Positions 39,192 to 50,422 are shown, counted from the stretch's first letter. The stretch is 64,000 nucleotides of DNA from an uncultured Phycisphaerales bacterium (GCA_963792535.1 CAWBWQ010000001.1:480001-544000), one strand, 5' to 3'. Program-made: numbers and translations. Notes: a model not told the origin generated them from the sequence alone.

Positions 39192-39662
39192 ATGGAACGT
39201 ACGTTAATTATCTTTAAGCCCGACGCTGTGCAGCGGGGCCTCTGCGGTGAAATCCTCGGCCGGTTTGAGAAAAAAGGATTGCACATCGCGGGTATGAAAT
39301 TCATGAAAATACCGCTGGCGACCGCTGAAAAGCATTACGAGGCCCATAAAGCCCGCCCGTTCTACGGCGGTTTGGTTTCTTTCATGACCAGTTCGCCTGT
39401 GGTGGTGGTGGCCTTGGAGGGCAAAGACGCAGTGGTGATCGCCCGCAGTTTAATGGGGGCTACATTTGGCTCAAAAGCTGCACCTGGAACAATACGCGGT
39501 GATTTTGGCGTTAGTAATGCCTTCAATCTGATCCATGGATCGGATTCAGTTGAAGCGTCTCAAAAAGAGATCGCTTTGTTTTTCCGCCCTGAAGAGATCG
39601 TGGAATGGACACCTGCCATCCAAACCTGGGTCTATGACATGAGCAAAGGCGAGCCGGAATAA
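39192..39662 (+). CDS. ndk: Nucleoside diphosphate kinase
   Basis: ERTLIIFKPDAVQRGL, PGTIRGDF, NLIHGSDS; AGGAG RBS. Confidence 0.98.
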   Translation: MERTLIIFKPDAVQRGLCGEILGRFEKKGLHIAGMKFMKIPLATAEKHYEAHKARPFYGGLVSFMTSSPVVVVALEGKDAVVIARSLMGATFGSKAAPGTIRGDFGVSNAFNLIHGSDSVEASQKEIALFFRPEEIVEWTPAIQTWVYDMSKGEPE

Positions 39663-39831
39663 GCCGTCGATAAACTTGCCTTTCTAAACCTGATATTAAT
39701 ACAAACTTCATTCAAAATAATTGAATGTCGCCGAATCTTCATGGTTCGCACACGGCAGAGTCTGCAAGTCGAAACTTCGTTTGGTGGAGCCGGCGAATCT
39801 GGAGTGCGTCAAAGGTTTTACGAGGCAACTG

Positions 39832-40884
39832 ATGATGATAGCACGACTGGCCATGTTTCTTTGTTTGATGGCCGCGATCGGGGTTACCGGCAACGCTTTG
39901 TGGCAAAACCGCAAGGCAGACGAAAGCCGCCAGCAAAGCGACGCGGCTTCCGTACGCGCCACGGGCCTTATTGATGCCAGCCCAAAACGCCTTGCATCTA
40001 AATTTCGAGACGACAATCACACGCTGCTTGCTGATGCACCCGACGATGCGTCCAAACTGATGGATCCGACCACGCTGATTCTGGGCCACCTGGCTTCTTC
40101 CGATCCGGACAGTGCGTCGATTTCGTGGGAAGATTTCGACAAGCACCTGTCCAGCGAATTGGGCCGCCCAGTAACCGATACTGTTGTTGAGAACGGCCCG
40201 TCGCAGATCGACAAGATCAAGGCCGGCCAGATCACGATTATGGCTCTGCATGCCGCTGACGCGCCGTTTCTCGTCAATAATTGCGGCTACCATCCTGTGG
40301 CGGTGTTGGGGGACGAGACCGGAGCGGCGGGCAATCGCCTTGATTTGATCGTGCCCGCCAAGAGCACGATCGCTTCTCCTTATGATTTGAAAGGACACAC
40401 GCTCACTTGCACAGGACCACTTTCGGTTGTTGGTTACCGCGCGGCGATCGTGCTCCTGCTGCAGAATCAATCCCTTCGGCCCAATGTGGATTATCTACTG
40501 TCATGGTCACTGGGGCAGAAGCAGTCGATTAAGGGTGTTGCCGATGGCACGTACGAAGCGGCAGCTGTATCCGATGACAAGCTCAATTCGCTTCTGGATA
40601 AAGGAACCGTTACGAAGGCCGCCTATAAGGTGATCTATCAATCCGACGTTTTTCCCCGAACGACGATTGGATATTTCTATAACTTGAAACCGGATCTGGC
40701 TGAAAAGCTCCGGCTTGCGATTTTGTCGTATCGGCCTGTGCCAACCGACGAAAATGACAAACCGATGCATTTCATGCCGGTGGACTATAAGAAGGACTTT
40801 TCATTAATTCGCCAAATCGACGACCGGTTCGATCCGCGACTCGACACGAAAGCCAAGCACGAAGTCGCCACGACCGCCCCGTAA
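39832..40884 (+). CDS. PhnD/PtxB-type phosphate/phosphite/phosphonate-binding protein
   Basis: N-terminal anchor, LMDPTTL, DLKGHTL..PLSVVGY, GVADGTYEAAAVSDD, IYQSDVFP, PVDYKKDF. Confidence 0.78.
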   Translation: MMIARLAMFLCLMAAIGVTGNALWQNRKADESRQQSDAASVRATGLIDASPKRLASKFRDDNHTLLADAPDDASKLMDPTTLILGHLASSDPDSASISWEDFDKHLSSELGRPVTDTVVENGPSQIDKIKAGQITIMALHAADAPFLVNNCGYHPVAVLGDETGAAGNRLDLIVPAKSTIASPYDLKGHTLTCTGPLSVVGYRAAIVLLLQNQSLRPNVDYLLSWSLGQKQSIKGVADGTYEAAAVSDDKLNSLLDKGTVTKAAYKVIYQSDVFPRTTIGYFYNLKPDLAEKLRLAILSYRPVPTDENDKPMHFMPVDYKKDFSLIRQIDDRFDPRLDTKAKHEVATTAP

Positions 40885-40966
40885 TAGGGAAGCATTCCCG
40901 GCCTGGAACAGTTTCCGGTGTCCGAGCCCACCGGCTTATTTGTTTTCTGGATCGATAAACCATCTC

Positions 40967-40994
40967 TGGACAACAGGCGCAACATCACTAGACT
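40967..40994 (+). promoter_or_regulatory. Candidate sigma70-type promoter for rpsT
   Basis: TGGACA-16 nt-TAGACT about 57 nt upstream of the rpsT start. Confidence 0.4.
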
Positions 40995-41051
40995 GTCCCC
41001 TCCCCGTCCTAGGTAGGGCGGGGGATAAAAGTACGATTTGGAGAAGATTCC

Positions 41052-41348
41052 GTGGCTCATTCCTTATCAGCAAAGAAACGCGTCCGCCAAACCATCAAGC
41101 GAAACGCCCGCAATCGTTCGCGTAAAGAGCTTCTCAAGCAGGAAATCAAGGGTTTCAACAGTGCATTGGCATCCAATGACGCGGGCAAAGCTGCGGATCA
41201 ATTGAATGTGGTTGCTCGGCGTCTGGATCGCAACGCTGCCAAGGGCGTGATTCACAAGAATACCGCCGCCCGCAAGCGAAGCCGACTGGCAAAACGCGTA
41301 AATGCACTCAAGGCGGGCGCCAAAGGCACCAAACTTGTCGTTGCCTGA
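41052..41348 (+). CDS. rpsT: 30S ribosomal protein S20
   Basis: AHSLSAKKRVRQ, KGVIHKNTAARKRSRL. Confidence 0.97.
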   Translation: MAHSLSAKKRVRQTIKRNARNRSRKELLKQEIKGFNSALASNDAGKAADQLNVVARRLDRNAAKGVIHKNTAARKRSRLAKRVNALKAGAKGTKLVVA

Positions 41349-41580
41349 ACGCGTGCCGGTGACGCTCGACGCTTTTGTAAAATTTCAGGCGCAGGGCACG
41401 AATCCCCGAAGCCGAAACGAACAACCCGAAGGAAATCCCGTGCCGCGTTCCGAAAGGCAGGCTGCCTTCGGCATTAGCGGATATCGGGGTTTGGACCTTC
41501 GGGTTTCTTTTTTGGCGCTCCGACATTGTGGGCAGTGCCTTCTCTTGCGATATAACAATCATCAATAAAGGCTTACCGCC

Positions 41581-43137
41581 ATGGCCGACCCCACTTCCAG
41601 CACTCCGATCATGGAGCAGATCGTTTCGCTTTGTAAGCGGCGCGGTTTTATCTATCCCGCCAGCGAAATCTACGGTGGTATTCGCGGGTTCTGGGACTAC
41701 GGCCCTCTGGGTGTCCTGCTCAAAAACAATATCCGCGACTGGTGGTGGCGGAACATGGTCGAGTGTCCGCCCATCGGCCCGGATGGACATCCCGTCGACA
41801 TCGTCGGGTTAGACTCGGCAATCATCCAGCATCCAATGACCTGGAAAGCTTCGGGGCATGTGGAGAGCTTCAACGACCCGATGGTGGATTGCCGCGAAAC
41901 CAAGTCGAGATACCGGGCCGATCATGTGAAGGTGCTTGAACCTGTCGACGGACAGGGAAACAGCTACGCGTTTGTTGATGATCCGGATGCCGCTGAGAAA
42001 AAGATTAAGCGTGATGCCCGCCGGAACCTGGCTGATTATCGCGAAGTGATCCTCACGACGCTCCCGCTTGAAGCGTACGCGAAAATTGTCGGACCGGACA
42101 CCAAAACGGCTGGCACTCTTACAGAACCGCCGCCTTCAGCCTGATGCTCGATACTTATCCAGGTCCAATTCGCGACGAGAATAACAAGGCTTACCTGCGG
42201 CCCGAGACGGCACAGGGGATCTTCCTGGAGTTCAAAAATATCGTCGACACGACGCGTGTGAAGATGCCGTTTGGCGTTGCCCAGGTGGGCAAAAGCTTCC
42301 GCAACGAGGTGACGCCGCGCAATTTTATTTTCCGCTCGCGTGAGTTTGAGCAGATGGAGATGGAATGGTTCTGCCCGCCGGATGAAGCGCTTAACTGGTA
42401 CCAGTTCTGGCGCGCCGAGCGAATGAAGTGGTGGGTGTCGCTCGGCGTGGATCCATCGCGGTTACGCTTCCGCGATCACGACCCCGACGAGTTGGCGTTT
42501 TACTCCAAGGCCACAGTGGATATCGAATATCTGTATCCATTTACCGCCCCGGATTTTGGTGAACTGGAAGGCGTCGCCCATCGCGGCGATTATGATCTCA
42601 CCCAACATTCGAAACATTCCGGCCAGAAACTAGATTACTTCGACCAGGATCTGCAACTGCGACTCAAGGCAGAAGGGTTGGCCGACGATCAGGTCAAGGC
42701 GCAGCAGCCGATACATTCCTAATGTCATCGAACCGGCCAGTGGTTTAACACGCGCTGTACTGGTACTGCTCTGCGAAGCATTCACACCAGACGAAACTCG
42801 GCCCAGTAAATTGTATATGAAGTTTAAACCGCAGTTTGCCCCGATCAAACTGGGCATTTTTCCGCTGGTCAACAAAGAAGGGATGCCCGAGGTCGCGGAG
42901 AAGCTTTACTTGGCTCTCCGCCGGCATTTCACCTGCGAATATGACCCCAAGCAGGCCATCGGAAAGCGTTACGCGCGCATGGATGAAATCGGGACGCCGT
43001 ATTGCATCACGATTGACGGTCAGACCCTTGTGGATCAGACCGTTACCCTCCGCGAGCGTGATTCGATGAAACAGGAGCGGATGTCCCTGGATCGGGTAAA
43101 ATCGTTTCTGCTCGAGCAACTGACGTTGAGTGTGTGA
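41581..43137 (+). CDS. glyQS: Glycine--tRNA ligase (alpha2 type), apparent frameshifts at about 42129 and 42703
   Basis: SLCKRRGF, IYGG..WDYGPLG, YLRPETAQGIF, GKSFRNE, FRSREFEQME, ELEGVAHRGDYDL, PNVIEP, IGKRYARMDEIGTPYC. Confidence 0.97.
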
Positions 43138-43160
43138 GCGGATGTGAACCCGAGGGCGTG

Positions 43161-45359
43161 ATGATTGGCACAGTTGAGCCAGAGGCATTAAGCGGTCCGG
43201 GGTTGGACCGCCTGAATCGGCGGGACGGAAGTTTCATTGTCATTCTGGCGCTCTGCACGATCGCACTCTATTTCCGCACCGCCTTTTACAGCTTTGTAGC
43301 CTTCGATGATCAGTTGTATGTGTTCAGCAACACATACATGCAGCAGGGCCTTTCAACCGCTGCGCTGCGATGGGCGATGACAGCCACTCCAAACGGCAAC
43401 TGGCACCCGCTGACCACAGTTGCCCAGCTTTGCATATCGACGCTGTTTGGGCTCAATCCGGGTGCCTATCACCTTGTAAATGTCGCGTTGCAAGCGACCA
43501 ATGGCGTTCTTCTCTATCTGTTTCTTCGTCGAACAACGCGGCTCGCGTGGCCGGCGTTTTTCACGGCGCTTCTCTGGGAAATGCATCCGATGCGCGTGGA
43601 ATCCGTGGCATGGATCTCCGAATTAAAGGACGTGATGTGCGGCGTCTTCTGGCTTGGAGCGTTGCTGGCCTACCAGAATTATACCGTGCGCCGGACAGCA
43701 GGTCGCTATTCGATCGTCGTGCTGCTGTACATTTTGTCTATGCTGGGCAAGCCGATGTCGGTCACGCTTCCCGCGGCTTTGTTGCTGCTGGACTATTGGC
43801 CTCTTTCTCGCACTTCTGTCGGAAATTCCGGTACTCCGGCGCGTCGGTGGTGGTGCTGGCGCGTGCTCGAAAAATTGCCTCTGCTCGCACTCGCATTCCT
43901 TGATACTGCGATGCAAAAGCATCGGCTTACATTTAATTCGACGCTGTTACCCTTCAGTTTTCGATTACAAAATGGTCTCGTCGCGTACGCGTGTTATCTT
44001 CGTGATTATTTCTTCCCGCATCACCTGTCCATTTTCTACCCGCATCCGGACATGCTCCGACAAACCATCCCGCTCTGGCAATTGGTGGTGTCGATAACTG
44101 TTCTGGTTGTTATCTCGGGACTAGCGATTTTGCGGCGCGGGCAAACCCTTATTTTATCGTCGGATGGTGCTGGTTTTTGGGCACGCTCATGCCAGTCATA
44201 GGTCTCGTTCAGGTAGGGGAGCAGGCACGGGCGGACCGATTTACTTACATGCCTTCGATTGGACTTACGATCGCAATCGTCTGGCTCGTTTATCATCTGA
44301 GTTGCAACCGACGCGCTTATCGAATCACCGCTCTGGTGCTCGGTGGACTGATCGCCGCATGCCTGTGCGTTTGCTCCAGTTTGTATGTCACCCCGTGGCA
44401 GAACTCACAGACACTTTTTCATAGCCTATATCGCATGCAGCCGGACAATTATTTTGCCCTTAGCATGGAGGCAGCTAACGTTTTTAATAATGGAGACCAT
44501 GCCACTGCGCTGTCAATGGACGAGCGCCGCTTTGGCGATCGCGCCGAGAAGTTGCAATACACTTGAGTCCTACGGCGAGTTGCTTCTCGCTGCGGACCAA
44601 CCCGAGAAAGCCCGTGATCAGTTCGTAAAAGCGATCAAAATCAACGCCGATGCCGCGACCTATTGGGAAAGTCTGGGAAATGCGTGCGGCAGGATGGCCA
44701 CCGACCGCGCTATTCAGCATGATCCTGCGGAAAACAAATATCATCTGCTTGCAATCGGCGCTTACGAAAAGGCTATCCAGGTTGATCCAATCGATACTCA
44801 ATCCCGCGAACACCTGGCATTTCAATACGCGGTGATGAACCGAACCGACGAGGCAATCCAGCAGTGGGAAGAAGCGTTGACGCTGCTTCCAACAGACGCC
44901 GCCGCCCACGGCGCTCTGGCGGATGCACTGCGCGTTCAAGGCGATCTTGTGGGAGCGGTACAGCACTATCATGCTGCCATCAATAACGGTGCGAAAAATC
45001 CCGACTGGGAAACCGAACTTGCCTGGCTTACCGCCACCCGGCCACAGGCTACGGTTGCGGACATTCAACCGATGGTTGCCCTCGCGAAAGACGCCTGCGA
45101 GCAGACTAAGTATCAGCAAGCCGCCCCGTTGGATGCTTACGCTGCCTGCCTGGCACGCATCGGCGAATGGGATGAAGCTACCACCATCGCCCAGCAAGCC
45201 GTTGCCCAGGCCAACGCCGCGCATCTACCTCAAGTCGCTCAGGGTATCCAAAAACGCCTGGCGAGATACCAGAAATGCACACCGTTTGTAGCCGGTGACG
45301 ATGCTCCGGCAACAACTGAGGCCGCCACTCAACCGACTCCCCCTGTGAGTGATAAATAG
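43161..45359 (+). CDS. GT-C fold membrane glycosyltransferase-like protein with C-terminal TPRs (TMTC-like); apparent frameshifts at about 44138 and 44527
   Basis: FVAFDDQLY, NWHPLT, YHLVN, HPMRVESVAWISELKD, KPMSVTLP..LLDYWPL, ADRFTYMP, TPR tail. Confidence 0.88.
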
Positions 45360-45606
45360 CGGCTCGTATCCAAACGCAGTTGCGTCTTGCCTGTTGCACG
45401 GTCGCAGGCTCGGTTAAATCACCCGCAAGCTCGATTTTGTTCCAGGCGAACAAACACCAAAGATTTTCCGTTTGTACGGCACCGGACATACGCGATAATA
45501 CCCTCGGCGACTTTACTTAAGGTGAATCGCTGGTCGGAGGTCGGTCAGCCTTCAGCGTCCACGTCGAATTCTGCATTGGGACCCGGATCGTCCGCGCGAG
45601 GCAATC

Positions 45607-46743
45607 ATGGCACGGCAACTGGATATTCTTGCGCTCGAACCGTACTTCGGGGGTGTTCGGCGTAACATGCTCGAAACACTGGTGCGGTGCAGCCGCCATC
45701 GTTGGACACTGCTGACCTTGCCACCCCGACGCATGGAACGCCGCCTTGCCGCCTCAGCCCACTGGTTTGCCGAGCAGTTGGCCCGTAGAGCGGCGGGGCC
45801 CATCGACGTTTTATTCACCTGTGACGCTCTGAACCTCGCGGACCTGAACCGCCTTTGCCCGACGATACGCGATATCCCATCAGTCGTTTATTTCCATAAT
45901 AATCAACTTCCCGACCTCACCCAGGCGGTCAATCAACAACCGATGGACCTCACCAACCTGACCAGCTCGACCGCTGCAACGGAGATCTGGTTTAACTCCA
46001 AGAACCATGCCGCCACATTTCTTGAGGGAATCAAGGGGCTCATCTCTCTTCATCGCGAGTTGCAAAGCCCGAATCCTCTGGACAGTCTGATCGCCAAGAT
46101 GCACCTGGTTCCCCCTCCCGTGGACACCGGATTTTTCTATGAAACGCTGGATACTTCAACACTGCAGCGTGACCCCAATTCTATTTTCGTGGAGACACGC
46201 GACGCACATATGGGGCTGTTAAACAGCGCCTTGGAAATTCTCAGTGTCAGGAAACGCGCGCTCCAGCTGCTCGTCAGCGGGCCGGTAAAGCAGTTGACGT
46301 CCTGCATGCCTCGGCAGGTCATCTCTGAAAGCAATACGTCCGCCCAGTTACGCGCATTGCTCTCCGCCGGCGCTTTTGTCAGCACAAAACTTACGACCCC
46401 CTTCGACGAAAACGCGGTACGCGCCCTGTCGCTTGGCTGTCGCCCCGTTCTTCCACGCACGGGCGTCTATCCGGATCTCCTTCCCATCGCGCTTCACTCT
46501 GAATGCCTCTACGATCTGACCGCCGAATCGCTGGCATCCAACATCCACGACGCGACGTATCTACCGTCAATGTATCGACAGGAACAACTGACCACGCGGC
46601 TTGCTCCATTTGACGGACTCCGTGCGTGCGCGGTTATCGATGATCGGTTGGATACACTGTCCGCAAACCATCTGAATGCTTCGTTCACCCAAGCAGGCCA
46701 CAGTTTGCGCGAAGCAAGACGTCGCGCGATCCCCAACGCGTAA
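45607..46743 (+). CDS. DUF3524 / GTDC1(QTMAN)-like GT4-type glycosyltransferase
   Basis: ILALEPYFGG, LLTLPPR, LNLADL, VVYFHNNQL, WFNS, GCRPVLP..VYPDL. Confidence 0.75.
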   Translation: MARQLDILALEPYFGGVRRNMLETLVRCSRHRWTLLTLPPRRMERRLAASAHWFAEQLARRAAGPIDVLFTCDALNLADLNRLCPTIRDIPSVVYFHNNQLPDLTQAVNQQPMDLTNLTSSTAATEIWFNSKNHAATFLEGIKGLISLHRELQSPNPLDSLIAKMHLVPPPVDTGFFYETLDTSTLQRDPNSIFVETRDAHMGLLNSALEILSVRKRALQLLVSGPVKQLTSCMPRQVISESNTSAQLRALLSAGAFVSTKLTTPFDENAVRALSLGCRPVLPRTGVYPDLLPIALHSECLYDLTAESLASNIHDATYLPSMYRQEQLTTRLAPFDGLRACAVIDDRLDTLSANHLNASFTQAGHSLREARRRAIPNA

Positions 46744-46826
46744 GACTTGCCATTACAAGCGGCATTTGATTTTGCCAAAGCGGCAGTGGTCTTAAATAAG
46801 ACGGGTGAAAATGCTATATTGCCTGT

Positions 46827-47900
46827 ATGAACGTCTCAGAGCACAAACTTCTCAGGCTCGCCGCTGCGGTCTTGCTCGGCGCGGGATCGTTCTCCTGTGA
46901 TTCGGCCAGACCCGCCGCGGATTCTAAAACTAAATTCGCTCCCGAGGTCGTCACAGGCAAGACAGGCCTGCCCACCGAAGGGATGCCCGATGTGCCGAAA
47001 GACGCACAGTTCACCATTTTCTGCCGCACCTACCAGGGTGATTCGCACGTTCAGGTATCCCGGCAGGTTCAACAAGCGCTTTTCGATTCGACAAGCATGA
47101 AGAAGTGGTACGTCGTCCACGCTTCAGATCACAGCACACTGTATTATGGTTTCTACCGCGGCATCGATCCGCGCGATCCTGCCGATGGCGCTGAAGGGCA
47201 GCGAGCGATTGATGATCTGAACGCAATCCGGGCGATGACCGATTCGCAGGGGAATCGCCTTTTTTCAGAGGCTTTGCCGTTCGGCATTGATGCCCCCGAT
47301 CCCCAGGCCAATCCAGCCTGGGATATCACGCGTGTCAAAGGAATGTGGTCGATCGAAGTTGCCAGTTTCACACTTGCGACGCGCAAGCAGGATGCAGTTG
47401 ATACTGTTCGCGAGATGCGCAGCCATGGCATCGAAGCATACTATTACCACGGTGCAACGATCAGCTCGGTTTGCATCGGCTGCTGGCCCGCAGAGGCTGC
47501 AATTCGTGTTTCATCAGAACAACAAAATACCGACTCCAATCAGCCGCTGGTTGTGACGCCTCAGCCTCTTGCTCCTTCAATCAGCGTGCCCCTGGCGAAA
47601 GAGGGAATCAAGTCAATTTCCGACCATGTCGACATTCAGGATCCGACCCTGACCCAGGCGATGATGAAGTGGAAAGAACATGCGACCAACTCGCAGACCA
47701 AAGTCACCATCGATCCGGTGACTCAGCAGCAGGTTGTGGCAGAGAAATCGTTCCTGTTTGAGATCCCCCACAAGGATCCGCTTGATACGATAGCCGGTAC
47801 CACAGCCGATGATCCTGGTACGCCCGCTGAGGTTCAAGCGCCGCTTCCGGGTAAGACTGAAGATCCCAACCTGGGTCATCTTCGATCATTAGGCGACTGA
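46827..47900 (+). CDS. Hypothetical exported protein/lipoprotein
   Basis: LLGAGSFSC signal; WSIEVASF..RSHGIEAYYYHG..SSVCIG region (SPOR-like by recollection only). Confidence 0.75.
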   Translation: MNVSEHKLLRLAAAVLLGAGSFSCDSARPAADSKTKFAPEVVTGKTGLPTEGMPDVPKDAQFTIFCRTYQGDSHVQVSRQVQQALFDSTSMKKWYVVHASDHSTLYYGFYRGIDPRDPADGAEGQRAIDDLNAIRAMTDSQGNRLFSEALPFGIDAPDPQANPAWDITRVKGMWSIEVASFTLATRKQDAVDTVREMRSHGIEAYYYHGATISSVCIGCWPAEAAIRVSSEQQNTDSNQPLVVTPQPLAPSISVPLAKEGIKSISDHVDIQDPTLTQAMMKWKEHATNSQTKVTIDPVTQQQVVAEKSFLFEIPHKDPLDTIAGTTADDPGTPAEVQAPLPGKTEDPNLGHLRSLGD

Positions 47901-47926
47901 AATTCTGCCGTTTCTTTTATTCACAA

Positions 47927-48548
47927 ATGAAATTTCTTATCGCCACCACCAACCCTGGTAAAGTTAAAGAATTCCGCGAGATGATCGGGTCTGACTATTT
48001 TGAATGGATCGGTCTGACTGATCTGCCCGCCTTTCCCGCGATCGAAGAAACCGGGCATACGTTCCGGGCCAACGCGATTTTAAAAGCCGCCGGATACGCA
48101 AAAGCGAGCGGTCACTGGACGATGGCTGATGACAGCGGGCTGGAGGTTGACGCCCTGGGACAAACACCCGGAATTCATACGCGCCCGATGGGCCCAGATG
48201 CACGACGCGGGTTCGGGTGACGCCGCAAACAACAGCCTGCTTCTCGACCAGATGAAAAATGTCTCCGCAGGCAACCGCTCGGCAAGATTTGTGTGCGTCC
48301 TCGCGGTTGCCGATCCCAGCGGTCGGATTCTTCTCACCACGCGAGCGACGATGGAAGGAGAAATCCTTTTTGCCCCTGTCGGCAGCAATGGGTTTGGATA
48401 TGATCCTCTGTTTCAGGTACAGGGTTTAAACCGGACCAGCGCGGAGTTATTACCTGAACAAAAACATCGCATCAGTCATCGTGGCAAAGCCCTGGAGCGC
48501 ATGAAACAGTTGATGAAGCGCGTGGAGTTTTTGACACAGACAGTATGA
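47927..48548 (+). CDS. rdgB: RdgB/HAM1 non-canonical purine NTP pyrophosphatase, apparent frameshift at about 48180
   Basis: ATTNPGKVKE, EETGHTF..NA..KA, ADDSGLEVDAL, GFGYDPLF, KHRISHRGKAL. Confidence 0.95.
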
Positions 48549-48581
48549 TCGAGACGGAAGTATGCTCTGCTGGCACGAACG

Positions 48582-48590
48582 TGCTATGAT
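48582..48590 (+). promoter_or_regulatory. Candidate extended -10 element for the usp gene
   Basis: TG-C-TATGAT about 19 nt upstream of the start codon. Confidence 0.35.
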
Positions 48591-48608
48591 GTTCGCTTCT
48601 GTTCAAGG

Positions 48609-49031
48609 ATGGGTATGAGTCGGATCTTAATTGCTGTCAGTAGTCCCTGGGCCGCTCAGAAAGTGGTCGAACCGCTGGTGGATCTCGCCAGGCGAATCTC
48701 CGCCGAGGTTCTGGTGGTGCATGTTTCCCGTCCCAGCGGAGGGCAGATGCGCGAGCAGGAGCAGGCTGATGGGGAGGCCGCAATCACCTTACTTCGGGAG
48801 AAGCTTCAGGAAAAGGGTATCACCGTTCAGACCTTGCTGATGTTCAGTGATGACATCGCCCGGGCGGTATTGAATACCGCCACTGAGCGTGAGGTTACAC
48901 TCATCGTTCTAGGGTTAACCGGAAAGAACGTCTTTGCACGCCTTCTGGCCGGTAACGTACCGGTCGAACTGATCAAAAACACCAAGGTGCCAGTTCTGCT
49001 ATTGCCACCCGATTTTGCCGGCTCGATCTGA
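48609..49031 (+). CDS. Universal stress protein
   Basis: RILIAVS, VLVVHV, LIVLG..LLAGNVPVELIKNTKVPVLLLP. Confidence 0.92.
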   Translation: MGMSRILIAVSSPWAAQKVVEPLVDLARRISAEVLVVHVSRPSGGQMREQEQADGEAAITLLREKLQEKGITVQTLLMFSDDIARAVLNTATEREVTLIVLGLTGKNVFARLLAGNVPVELIKNTKVPVLLLPPDFAGSI

Positions 49032-49266
49032 GTTACGGCGGCATGCCTTGTCATATCAATGTTAGGTATGGATTTGCTGGTCGGCCTATCCTGAAAATCG
49101 CGGCGGCGAACCCCCGAAAATGCCCTCGCAATAATACTGGCTATTTCCCGTTAGATTTTATGTCAACGCACAACGCGTTCGGCTGGTAAATCAAAATACC
49201 GATGGGTGAAACTCGTGTGAGTTTGGCCCACCGTATTCAAGACTTGGAAACGAAATAGGAGATCTT

Positions 49267-49698
49267 ATGTTGCGGTGGACGAAACTGATTGCCCCAATGG
49301 CGGCCCTTACACTTCTGATCGGATTTCATCAGGCAACGCTGCGGGCTGATGATACCGCTCCAGCAGGAAAGGCGACCGTCACCGTTACCGTCGTCGATTC
49401 AGCCGGTAAAGCAGTGGCCGGCGCAACCGTTGGTATCATGCCCGGTAAGGCCAAAAAGCATCACAAGGCCGCTGCGGACAACGCAACGACCGAACAAGCT
49501 GCAGCAGGAAAGCCCAAGCCGTTCGTCACCGGCGTGACCGGAGCAGACGGCACCGTCGCTCTGGCAAATGTTCCAGACGGAACTTTCACCGTCCGGGCTC
49601 ACCTCAAGGGCACGGGAACCGGTACCGAAATGGTTACCGTCGCGGACGACAAAGACCAGACAGTCACCGTGACCCTCAAAGCCAAGGGCAACAAGTAA
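49267..49698 (+). CDS. Secreted carboxypeptidase-regulatory-like (transthyretin-like fold) domain protein
   Basis: AGGAG RBS, signal peptide, VTVVDSAGKAVAGATV, TGADG..NVPDGTFTV. Confidence 0.85.
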   Translation: MLRWTKLIAPMAALTLLIGFHQATLRADDTAPAGKATVTVTVVDSAGKAVAGATVGIMPGKAKKHHKAAADNATTEQAAAGKPKPFVTGVTGADGTVALANVPDGTFTVRAHLKGTGTGTEMVTVADDKDQTVTVTLKAKGNK

Positions 49699-49726
49699 GC
49701 TTTAGCTGAAAATTTCCGGTGGAATT

Positions 49727-49756
49727 AAAAGCCGTCTCGAAAGAGACGGTTTTTTT
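49727..49756. terminator. Intrinsic terminator between convergent genes
   Basis: AAAA-GCCGTCTC-GAAA-GAGACGGT-TTTTTT. Confidence 0.9.
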
Positions 49757-49779
49757 ATGCGCTGTGGATGCGCGAAGAC

Positions 49780-50419
49780 TTATTCTTCCCCCAACGCATC
49801 GCGTACATATGAATTATTCAGTCGTTCTTCGCGCAAAAGGCCCGGATGACCGTGACCGGGTAATAGGTGTGTATCACCGGGCAATTTCATCACCCGCCTG
49901 AGCGATTCCTGCAGGTCCGGAAAACTGCAATCTGCAAAATCAGTTCGGCCTACTGCTCCCATTAAAATCAGGTCGCCACCGATGAGCACCTTCGCCGCAG
50001 GGATATAAAAACCAACGTGCCCGGGCGAATGTCCCGGCGTGTGGATCACATGAACTTCTGTCTGGCCGATCGTTAATATCTGTCCGTCGCTTAGATACCC
50101 GTCTGCATTTCGCGACGCCGTCTTGAACGGCAGGGGATACATGCTGTTGGGATGCTGGAGCTTTTTCTCATCCAGGCGATGCACCAATACCTGCGCCAGG
50201 AAACTTTTCCGTCACCACCGCATGATCGGCAATGTGATCGATATGCCCATGGGTGAGCCATAGCCCAATCACGTTCGCGCCTTGCTCGACCGCCGTTTGA
50301 AGCAGTGGGGCGGTGGTGTCGTTAGGGGCGTCAAAAATAACTGCCTGCCTGGATTCGTCGTCAATAAAAAGATACGAATTGGTAGCGAAAACCCCGCCTG
50401 TATTGCTGAAAATTTTCAT
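49780..50419 (-). CDS. MBL-fold metallo-hydrolase (glyoxalase II/YcbL-like), apparent frameshift at about 50194
   Basis: THGHIDHI, HTPGHSPG, GD..GAVGRTDF, PGHG. Confidence 0.92.
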
Positions 50420-50422
50420 GGT

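Noticed and set aside
41349..41580. T-box riboswitch upstream of glyQS
   Set aside because: No GGTGG-ACC-CG T-box consensus or stem I motifs found.
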